Assembly: GCF_009914755.1 (NCBI RefSeq)
Contig: NC_060947.1
Direction: 5' to 3' (one strand)
Length of the DNA stretch: 64,000 bases
Source: the human T2T-CHM13v2.0 reference genome, Homo sapiens
Each line of letters opens with the position of its first letter. The stretch's first letter is position 1. Made by a program: the position numbers and the translations under genes. Shown here one piece after another: positions 52,506 to 64,000 of the stretch. The notes under the pieces were generated by a model. That model was not told the DNA's origin and ran no database searches. It was given only the letters and a program-made list of their open reading frames with translations.

Positions 52506-53181
52506 TTGAAAAAAGTCAACTCTATTATTAATTATCTGATTATTTAATCTGCATTGCAACAAAAATAGATTGACTTTGTTTCTATTGGAGGTGATGTGGG
52601 ATTTTTGTTGTTGTTATTTTATCTATGGACTCAATTGATTCAAACAGTTTATAACACGAACAATACATATGTTTTAGAATTTAACTTTCTGTAGAATTCA
52701 ATACCTACTAAAACTAGTCTTACAGTTTTAATTCTCTCTTTCTCTCCCCCCACCCACTCTCTCTTTCACTCTCTCTCACACACACACACACAACACACGG
52801 CATCTCTGAAAAACAAACACGTAGGGTGTGATTTGTGTCATTTCATAGAGACTTGGGAATGTCATTAACACATAAATCATTAATTTGTGGATAGTGCTTA
52901 AGTTACCTCCTAGCTTTTATAATGTATCTCTTTCTAAAAACTCTTTGTTGAATTGGAATCTACCACACACTGTGAGTTGATTGAAATTGACTCCTTTTCA
53001 TGAAAGGCTACATGCAGTCAACAAACTGCTTTATTTGTTTTTTAAACAAAAGTTTACCTGCAGTTTCCCACAAATGAACAGTACAGCTTATGAACATCTG
53101 GGGGATGCAGGCTAGATGAAGAACTAGACTAGTTCTATTTGGAGACTTATTCTATGGACAACTATTTAGTCTGCAAACTAT

Positions 53182-54508
53182 TGTGTCCGGAATTGGTGGG
53201 TTCTTGGTCTCACTGACTTCAAGAATGAAGCCGTGGACCCTCGCGGTGAGTGTTACAGCTCTTAAATTGGCGCATCTGGAGTTTGTTCCTTCTGATGTTC
53301 GGATGTGTTTGGAGTTTCTTCCTTCTGGTGGGTTGGTGGTCTCGCTGGCTCAGGAGTGAAGCTGCAGACCTTCCCCGTGAGTGTTACAGCTCTTACAGGC
53401 AGTGTGGGCCCAAAGAGTGAGCAGTAACTAGATTTATTGCAAAGAGCGAAACAACAAAGCTTCCACAGTGTAGAAGGGTACCCAAGAGGGTTGCTACTGC
53501 TGGCTCGGGCAGCCTGCTTTTATTCTCCTATCTGGCCCCACCCACATCCTGCTGATTGGTAGAGCCGAGTGGCCTGTTTTGACAGGGCGCTGATTGGTGC
53601 GTTTACAATCCCTGAGCTAGATACAAAGGTTCTCCACGTCCCCATCAGATTAGTTAGACACAGAGTATGGACACAAAGGTTCTCCAAGGCCCCACCAGAG
53701 CGGCTAGATACACAGTGTTGATTGGTGCATTCACAAACCCTGAGCTAGACACAGGGGGCTAATTGGTGTGTTTCCAAACCTTGAGCTAGATACAGAGTGC
53801 TGATTGGTGTATTTACAATCCCTGAGCTAGACATAAAGGTTCTCCAGGTCCCCACCAGACTCAGGAGCCCAGCTGGCTTCACCCAGGGGATCCCGCACAG
53901 GGGCTGCAGGTGGAGCTGCCTGCCAGTCCCGCGCCATGTGCTCGCACTCCTCAGCCCTTAGGTGGTCGATGGGACTGGGCGCTGTGGAGCAGGGCGCGGC
54001 GCTCCTCGGGGAGGCTGGGGCTGCACAGGAACCCACGGAGGGGGTGGAAGGCGCGGGCATGGCGGGCTGCAGTCCCGAGCCCTGCCGCGCAGGAAGACAG
54101 CTAAGGCCCAGCGAGAAATCGAGCGCAGCGCCGGTGGGCTGGCACTGCTAGGGGACCCAGTACAACCTCCGCAGCCGCTGGCCCAGGTGCTAAGTCCCTC
54201 ATTGCCCGGGGCCAGCAGGGCCAGCCGGCTGCTCTGAGAGAGGGGCCCGCCAAGCCCACGCCCACCCGGAACTCCAGCTGGCCCGCAAGGGCCACGCGCA
54301 GCCCCAGATCCCGTTCGCGCCTCTCCCTCCACAGCTCCCTGCAAGCTGAGGGAGTGGGCTCCGGCCTTGGCCAGCCCAGAAAGGGGCTCCCACAGTGCAG
54401 CGGTGGGCTGAAGGGCTCCTCAAGTGCCGCCAAAGTGGGAGCCCAGGAAGAGGAGGCACCGAGAGCGAGGGAGGGCTGTGAGGACTGCCCACACGCTGTC
54501 ACCTCTCA
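53182..54508 (-). mobile_element. LTR12C (ERV9) solo LTR, intact, 1327 bp
   Basis: Minus strand TGAGAGGTGACAGCGTG...ACCAATTCCGGACACA; perfect 4-bp TSD ctat (53178-53181, 54509-54512); GC/CpG-rich U3. Confidence 0.96.
53490..53830 (-). promoter_or_regulatory. LTR12C promoter/enhancer: CCAAT (NF-Y) and GATA array with AATAAA TATA-like box
   Basis: Plus-strand ATTGG at 53555, 53593, 53721, 53762 and 53803; repeated ctagata; TTTTATT at 53518-53524. Confidence 0.75.
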
Positions 54509-54589
54509 CTATGATTCTTTCACTAATTCACTGAGTGACCCTGAGTAAATTATATCTCTTCCTGGGGCCTCAGTTTTCCTGTTTTTAAA

Positions 54590-55890
54590 ATTATATTTCT
54601 AATTGAGAAATAATAGTTTATATTTATGAGGGACAATGTGATGTTCCAATACATGTATAGATTGTGGAATGATCCAATCAGGCTAGTGAGCATATTCATC
54701 ACCTCAAGTATTTATCATTTTCTTATGGTAACAACTTTTACAATTCTATCTTTTAGCTATTTTGAAATATATAATACATTATTATTAACTATAGTCACAA
54801 TGATGTACAATAAATAAACAGTACTTATTCTTCCTATGCAAATAAAACTTTGTACCCATTGACCAACTTCTTTCTTTTCTCTGTCCAATACCCTGACCCA
54901 GCCTCTGGTAAATATAATTCCACTCTCTACTTTCAGGGAATCAACTGTTTTAGATTCCACATGTAAGTGAGATCATTCAGCATTTGCATTCTGTGCCTGG
55001 CTTATTTCATTTAACATAATGTTCTCTACATTTATCTATTTTGCTGCAAATGACACAATTTCCTGTGTTTTTTAAAGCTGAATAGTATTGCTTGTGAATG
55101 TACACCACATTTTTAAACAATTGATTCATCCGTTGATGAGCAATTAGGTTGTTTCCGTATCTTGGCTATTGTGAATAGGGCTGGAATAGACATGGGAGAG
55201 CAGACACATCTCTTCAACATATTGATTTCAATTCTTTTGGGTATATACCCAGAAGTGAGATTGCTGGATCATATGGTAGTTCTACTTTTAGTTTTCTGAG
55301 GAATCTCCATACTGTTTTCCAAAATGGCTATACTAATTTACATTCCCACCAGTAGTGTATGTGGGTTCCCTTTTGTCCACATCCTCACCAACACTTGTTA
55401 TATTTCTTACCCTTTTAATAAAAATCACCTCCAAATCGATTAAAGACCTAAACATAAGACATGAAACTTTAAAACTACTGGAAGAAAACATAGGGGAAAA
55501 CTCCAAGATATTGGCTCTGGCAGTGATTTCTTGCATATAGCTTCATAAGCACAGGCAATGAAAGCAAAAATAAACAAATGGGAATGGATCAAGCTAAAAA
55601 GCTTCTGCACAGCAAATGAAACAATTAATCAAGTAAAAAGACAACCCGCAGATGGGGAGAAAATATTTGCTAATCATACATCAGATAAAGGGCTAATATC
55701 CAAAATATATGAGGAACTCAGACTACTCAATAACAAGAAAACAAATAACCCTATTGAAAAATGGGCAAAGGAATTGAATAGACAGTTCTCGAAAGAAGAT
55801 AGAAAAATGGCCAGCAGATATATGAAAAAATGCTCAACATCTCTATTCATTAGAGAAATGCAAACTAAATCTACAATGAGGTATCACCTG
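54590..55890 (-). mobile_element. L1MA (MA7/8-like) with 5' inversion, inserted in a MIR
   Basis: Antisense 3' part 54590-55405, sense ORF2 part ~55415-55890; flanks cctgtttttaaa / cctgtttgttaaa; MIR halves on both sides. Confidence 0.85.
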
Positions 55891-56291
55891 TTTGTTAAAT
55901 GAGGGTGGTGAATTAGATCATCTCTGAGGTTTCTTCCATCTATTATACACTCAATTATCTGATGACTTCTTAATTTACACCAAGAGAAAACTGTGTAATA
56001 ATAGTCTACTATGTCAACTTTGAGGAAGCAAGGATGTACAAACTTTCCATGCAGCTACAATCTCTCAAGTAATCCTAAGTGAAAGTCTTGGAGTAGCCAG
56101 GGCCATCTTTAAACATAACAGTCACCTAGGGTCTCTGACGTGCCACTTGCTTTGCTAAGATTTATACTCGCTGATTTGCATGGATGCATTTTCAAAATTA
56201 ACTCAATTTCATTGTTCCTCAAAAGTCAAACATTAAAGTTTTTGCACATAGGTATTTAATTATTGTACTAGCTGTCAATAGTTAAATCCAC

Positions 56292-56322
<31 letters not shown>

Positions 56323-59300
56323 TGTGTGTGTGTATGAGGTAGAAAGATAATCATATGTTACCTAAAGTGGGTGCTTGGAAAGTCAAATGCATAGAGATGT
56401 AGGTCAGTAACAAGCCTGTTTAGGTGATGTTTTTCTTTGATGAAGTGCAAAAGTGCCTTACTGTACAAAAACTTGTGATACGAAAACAAGAAACAAATGG
56501 AGGATTCAAAATAGCAAGTAGAAAGATGTGTTTCAGATTTATGAAAATATATAACCAAACTGGTCACACCAAGACTGTTTCTTTATCTTTAATGCACTGC
56601 AGCCAGAGTAAGATGATGGAATAGAAGCCATCACCAATTTACCCACCAAAAGGATACAATTTTTACAACTATCTACACCGAAAGAAAGAAAAAAAAAGCA
56701 CTTTCGTAAGAAAGCAAAATTAGACAAGCTCTCATAGTACCTGGTTTTATCTTTGCGTCACTGAAAGAGGCACTGAGGAGAAAGAAAAACAATCTTGAAT
56801 TGCTGACACCACCCCTCTCCCAACCCCCAGCATTGGTAGCATGGTGCAGAGAGCATCTCTGGGCACTGGGGGAACAGAGCAACTGTAAATCACTGCACTC
56901 ACTGCTTTTCTGTTAGAGCAGAAAGGAAAATCAGACCAAAATCAGCTGATGCCTGCCGAGGAGGGAGCATTTAAACCAGTCCTAGCCAGAGGGGAATCAC
57001 TGAACCAAGCAGTCTGAACTTGAGTTCACACGAATCTTGACATTGAAGGCTAAACGTCTCTGGGTCTCTAAGTAAACGTGAAAGGCAGTCTAGGCTATCA
57101 GGACTGCAACTGTTACGCGAGTTCTAGAGCTAAAATGGGCCAAAAGACAGTGGACCGATGGACACACAACCTACCAAGAAACCAGCTGAGGCAAATAAGG
57201 GAGTGCTACCATCACCCCACCTCTAACTCCAGGCTACACAGCTCATGGCTCCAAAAAAGACCACTTCCTTCCACTTGAGGAGAGAAGAGAGAAGAGTCGG
57301 GAGGACTGTGTCTTGCCTCTTAGATACCAGCTCAGCCACAGCAGGATAGGACACTGGTCAGAGTCATGAGGCCCCAATTCTAGGCCCTAGCTCCCCTAAG
57401 ACATTTCTAGACACACCCTGTGGAAAAAGGGAATCTGCTTCCATGAAGGAAAGGTCTCATTCCTGGCAGCATTCATCACCTGTAAATGAAGAGTCCTTGG
57501 GCTGCGAATAACCATCTGTGTTACCCAGGTACTACGTTGAGGGTCTTGGGTGAGCCTCTGAGACTTTCTGACTTCAGATGGGATTCAGCACATGATCAGC
57601 TGTGGTGGCTATGGGGCAAAACTCCTTCTGCTTAAGAAAAACGGGGAAAAGTAAGAGAGACTTTATCTTACACCTTAGCTACAAATAGGGCCACAGGGAG
57701 GTAGAGCCCACCAAGTGGGCTTTTGGGGTCCCTGATTCTGAGACTTGACTCTTGGACAGCATTTCTGGACCTGCCCTAGGCCAGAAGAGATCCCACTTTT
57801 CTGAAGGGTGAGTCCCAGGCCAGGTAGCATTTACCACAAGCTGATTTAACAGCCTTTAAGCTTTAAGGAAAACATTGGCAGTAGGTACTCTAGCAATACT
57901 CCCTTTGGACTGTAGTGGCAGTGGCTACAGGGTGAGACTCCTCTAATTTTGGAAAAGGGAGGCAACAGTGGAAAGAACTGCATCATGTAGTTTCAGTGCC
58001 AGCTTAACCACAGGATAATAGAACATGTGGTAGATTTCTAAGGTTTTTGACTCTAGTTTATGACTCCTGGATAGCCCTTCTGGACCAAGCCAGAGCCTGG
58101 GAGAACTCGCCACCCTGAAGGAAAGGACCCAGGCCTGGTTGGCTTTGCCACCTGCTGATCATAGAGCCCCAGGGCCTTGAGCAAACACAGGTAGTGGACT
58201 TGAAGTGGTTACAGCAGGCCTTGGGCAAGACCCAGTGTTGTACTGAATTCAGGTCTCACCCAGGGCAGTCCTAGTGGTGGTGGGCGTAGGGCTACATGAG
58301 TCATTACGTCCCAAGATTTAGGTGTCTCAGAACAGAGAGAAGGACTCCATTTGTTTGAAAGGAAGGGAAGAGAACAAAAGTCTCTGCCTGGTAATAGAGA
58401 ATTATCCCAGATCTTGTCCAAAACAATCAAGGCAGTACCACTACAAGTCTGCAAGAACCACAGTACCCTCTAAAGCAGATAAAGCTTAAATCACAACACC
58501 TAATTTGTGTCAAATATCTGGAAAGCTTTGCACAGAAGAAGAGGTACAAACAAGCCCAGAGAGTGAAGACTACAATAAATACCTACCTCTTCAATGCCCA
58601 GACACTAAAGAACATCTGCTATCATCAACACCATCCAAAAAAACATGACCTCACCAAATGAACTAAATAAGGTATCAGGGACCAATGCTGGAGAAACAGA
58701 AATATGTGACTTTTCAGACAGAGAATTCAAAAGGGCTGTGTTGAGAAAACTCAAAGAAATCCAAGATAACACAGACAAGAAATTCAGAAATCTATTAGAT
58801 AAAATTAACAGAGAAATTGAAATAATTTAAAAGGATCAAGCAGAAATTCTGAAGCTGAAAAACGCAATTGGCATATGGAATAATTCATTAGAGTCTTTTA
58901 ATAGCATAATTGATCAAACAGAAGAAAGAATTAGTGAACTTAAAGACAAGCTATTTGGAAAAACACAGTCCAAGGAGACTAAATAAAAAAGAAAAAAACA
59001 GTGAAGCACACCTACAGGATTTAGAAAATAGCTTCAGTAGGGCAAATATAAGAGGTCTTGGCCTTAAAGAGGAGGTAGAAAAAAACATAGAGGTAGAAAG
59101 TTTATTTAAAGGGATAATAACAGATAACCTCTCAAACCTAGAGATAGATAATGATATCCAAGGACAAGAAGGTTATAGAACACCAAGGAGATTAAAGACA
59201 AGGAAGACTAACTAAAGACTTTTAATAATCAAACTCCCAAAGGTCAAAGATAAAGAAAGGATCCTAAAAGCAGCAAGAGAAAAGAGACAAATAACACACA

Positions 59301-59955
59301 ATTGAGCTCCAATACATATGGCAGCAGACTTTTCAGCGGAAACCTTACAGATCAGGAGAAAGTGGCATGACAAATTCAAAGTGCTGAAGGAAAAAAAAAC
59401 CAAAAAAAACAAAAAAACTTTTACCCTAGAATAGTATGCCTGGCTAAAGGAAAAAAAAAAAAAAAAACAAAAAAAAAAAAAACTTTTACCCTAGAACAGT
59501 ATGTCTGGCTAAAATATCTTTTAAACATGAAAAAGAAATAAAGAGTTTACCGGAAAAAAAAAAAAAAAGCTGTGGGATTTCAACAGATCTGCCCTGCGAG
59601 AAATGCTAAAGGGAATACTTTAATCACAAGGAAAATTAATGAACACTAAGTAATAACCTGAAGGTACAAAACTCACTGTTAATAGTAAGTACACACAGGA
59701 CAACAGACTATTATAACACTGTAACTACGGTGTGTAAGCTACTCTTATCCTAAGTAGAAAGACTAAACAATGAACAAATTAAAATTAATAACAAAAACAA
59801 CTTTTTAAGACATATACAGTACAGTAAGATATAAATAACAATAAAAACTTAAAAAGCGGGGGAAAGGCAAAGTTGAGGTGTAGAGTTTTTATTAGTTTTT
59901 GTTTGTTTGTTTATGCAAACAGCTTAAAAGAAAGGGTTATAAGATAATATTTGCT

Positions 59956-60346
<391 letters not shown>

Positions 60347-61578
60347 TCATATCACCAGAGAAAAATCACCTTTGCTGAAAAACAGACTGGAAGGAAAAAA
60401 GAAGGAAGAGGAAACCACAAAACAATCAGAAAACAAATAACAAAATGTCAGGAGTAAGTCCTTAATTACCCATAACAACATTGAATGTAAATGGACTAAA
60501 CTTTCCAATCAAAGTTATAAAGAGGCTTAATAGATGAAAAAAAAAAAGACCCATTGATCTGTTGCCTGCAAAAAACAAAAACAAAACAAAACAAAAGAAT
60601 ATTTCACAAATATTTAACAAATGCTGGTGAGAAGATGGAGAAAAGGGAACCCTCATAAGCTGTTGGTGGAAAAGTAAATTAATACAATCACCATGGAGAA
60701 CAGTTTGGAGGTTCCTCACAAAACTAAAAATAAAGCTACCATACCATCCAGCAATCTGACTGCTAGGTATATACACAAAAGAAAGGAAACCAATGTATTG
60801 AAGAGTATCCTTTCCCCAAGGTTTGTTGCAGCACAGTTCACCATAGCTAAGCTTTGGAATCAACCTAAGTGTCCATCAACAGATTAATGGATAGAGAAAA
60901 TGTAGTACATATACAAAATGGAATACTATTCAGCCATAAAAAGAATGAGATGCTGTTGTTTGCAACCACATGGATGGAACTGGAGAGCATTATGTTAAGT
61001 GCAATAAAACAGGCACAGAAAGACCAACACAGCATCTTCTTACTTGTTTATGAGATCTAGAAATAAAAACAATTGAACTCATGGAAATAGAGAGTAGAAG
61101 ACTGGTTGCCAGAGGTTGGGCAGAGTAGTGGGGGGCTGGTAGGGAGGAGGAGATGGTTAATGGGTACAAAAAAATTGAAAGAATGAATAAGGCCTACTAT
61201 TTGATAGCACAACAGGGTGACTATAGTAAATAATAGTTTAATATAATCACTTAATTGTACATTTTAGAATAACTAAAACAGTGTAATTGAGTTGCTTGTA
61301 ACACAAAGAATAAATGCTTGAGGAGATGGATACCCCCTTTCCATGTTGTGATTAGTATGCGTTGCATGCCTATATCAAAACATCTCATGTACTCCATAAA
61401 TATATACACGTACTATGTATCCACAAAATTTAAAAATAAAAGTATTTTTTAAATTATTGTATATGTTGAGAGATAGGGATCTAATTTTGTAATTTCATTA
61501 TTCTGAATATGGATATCCATTTCTCCTAGCACCAATTATTGAAGAAATTGTCTTTAAGAAATAATAAATAAAAAATAA

Positions 61579-61870
61579 GGCTGGGCGAGGTGGCTCACGC
61601 CTGTAATCCCAGCACTTTGGGAGGTGGAGGCGGGCGGATCACGAGGTCAGGAGATCGAGACCATCCTGGCTGACTCAGTGAAACCCCGTCTCTACTAAAA
61701 ATACAGAAAATTAGCCGGGCGAAGTGGCGGGTGCCTGTAGTCCCAGCTACTCGGGAGGCTGAGGCAGGAGAATGGCGTGAACCCCGGGGGGCGGAGCCTG
61801 CAGTGAGCCAAGATTGCGCCACTGCACTCCAACCTGGGCGACAGCGAGACTCTGTCTCAAAAAAAAAAAT
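61579..61870 (+). mobile_element. AluY, AluYe-like
   Basis: Diagnostic aaccccggggggcggagcctgcag and gggcgacagcgagac; TSD taaaaaataa at 61569-61578 and 61871-61880. Confidence 0.93.
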
Positions 61871-62075
61871 TAAAAAATAAAACAGAAAGCACTGCAGCCA
61901 CTCAGAGGTGAGGATCTCCTCTCACGCATTTGATATATGCCTTCCTTCCACATGTTTTAGAGAAGCTTGTGTTTCTGTGTACGTGTGCCTGTGCATGTGT
62001 GTGTGTACATGTGCATATGGGTATCAGGAGAGTGTTTCTGCTGTTGTTCATTATTTGTTTCCTGAGGTGATTTAG

Positions 62076-62410
<335 letters not shown>

Positions 62411-64000
62411 TGAAGAAGAAACTTGAAAACACATTACCATCTATGAATGAGTAACATTTGAAGTTACAAAAATAATTTTAATTCCTTCTTGGCACAATAG
62501 CTGAGCCTTCTGCTACTCCGCCTCCACACAAAATACCTAGTGACTCTTCATATTGATAGTGTGTGCCTAAAACAGAGAAGCAATATGAACATGACTAGTA
62601 TGACAGAAGTAAACTGCACTTTATTGCTTCTCTTCATTTGGAAACTAGACCTCTCACCAATTCGAGTAATCCAGCACTAAGGCAGGTTCTATATTCAAGT
62701 CATTTACAAGAAGAATCAGAGTCAGTCAAGGAAAGCCACTATTTTTCTCTATCAAATCCATAAAAATAAATGTGTTAGTTTTCATCCTTCAGCTAGGAAC
62801 AAAAATTTTCCTGATGTCACATAGATATAGATAGAAAACAACCAATTTAGCTATTACCCTATGATGGAATCAAAAGAATCACCAGATATTCTTTCTGACT
62901 AATCAAGTCCAATAACTACCTCAAGCTTAATTGCTGTATTTTTTTTTCAGAAAACGTTAGTTGAAATGTAATAATTATTCAACAGACAAATCTCATTCTG
63001 ACCTAATTAAGTCAAATATTTTTAAGAAGCCATATATGTATAATTACCTTACTTTAATTCATTATCATTATAAGAAATGTTTAATTACCTCATTGGTATT
63101 ATAAAATATTAAGTTGAATTTAAATTACAAACTAAAATGTCACTTGGTAGGCAATTAAGATATATTTAACTAACCTAGTAAAAATGTTTTGTGTTACAGA
63201 AAATCCAAATATCGTTTGACGTTTACATAGCAAAAAATAACATATCCAAAATGTTCGGTTACCAGAGAAAAAATAACAGACCAGACAGTCACATAGCAAC
63301 ATGGATAGATCTTAAAAATAATACCAAGTGAAACAGCAAGAAACAATGATATGTAACAACACATGCATAAATTTAAAATGCATGTCCGCATACTACAGTA
63401 TGCATTTTATTAACACTCAGGCAAAAGAAACAATATGGATAAAATTTATTAGAGTGATTGACATTGAAGAGAAGGAGAGCACTGGGGAGTGGAAATAAAG
63501 AGAAATAAATGAGTGAATAAATAAACAGCAGAGAGTCCTGAACAATGAACTCAGAGAATGTGATTAACTGAGCCTTCTAGACTTGATGTAAAAACCCTCC
63601 ACGACCACCCCAAACAGAAAGTTCTGGGTGGAGGGGAGGTAAAAAGTAATGACCAAAATTATTTAGAAATGCTGGTGTATAGAGATGATAATTAAAAAAA
63701 GACCAGCTCATACTGTTTCATTCTTCTATTAAAATTTGCTGTAGACAATGTTCCCCTCTATCGCCTTAATCGGGGTAGACCAATCCCACTGTTCCACCCT
63801 TGGTAGGCTACTGCTTTTCCTTAAACTTCTTAGCAAGGAAGTGTCCTAATTAGTGATGTATGGCCAGCAGTCACCATTATTTCAGTGTTTAGGGTTGCTG
63901 TCAATGACATTCACTAGGTTGACACTTTTGGTCTTTCTGAGGGCGTTTATGTGCTTATCCCATAGAGTGACATGCAATAAACACCACTATGAGATATGAC

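Noticed and set aside
53827-54548. GC-rich ORFs up to 133 aa and CpG-island-like composition
   Set aside because: Almost entirely within the LTR12C U3 region; not a gene or host CpG island
63737-63794. Possible 58-nt plus-strand exon (NVPLYRLNRGRPIPLFHP)
   Set aside because: Isolated, moderate splice signals, no partner exons or homology

Overview
AT-rich primate (hominoid, human-like) non-coding DNA, roughly 55-60% interspersed repeats. The primate call rests on AluS/AluY/AluYe-type SINEs, L1PA/L1PB/L1MA LINEs, THE1/MST/MLT LTRs and an LTR12C solo LTR. I find no credible protein-coding gene. The recognisable ORFs in the track are decayed L1 fragments, Alu/LTR read-throughs or microsatellite artefacts, and the rest resemble no protein family I recognise. 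The only RNA-gene relic is a 3'-truncated, tailless 7SK pseudogene (22032-22271, minus). I see no evidence of a new biological system. The notable content is a dense record of DNA repair and retrotransposition events: two probable L1 3' transductions, two twin-priming inversions, an L1-insertion-associated deletion, an old inverted templated insertion into a MER20, a multi-template-switch scar at 50.8-52.7 kb, a perfect nested palindrome, an ~870 bp quasi-palindromic AT tract and a closely spaced inverted AluY pair. There is also a speculative LTR12C-driven minus-strand spliced lncRNA. Repeat subfamily names come from recalled consensus sequences and need RepeatMasker/Dfam confirmation; boundaries of old elements are approximate.
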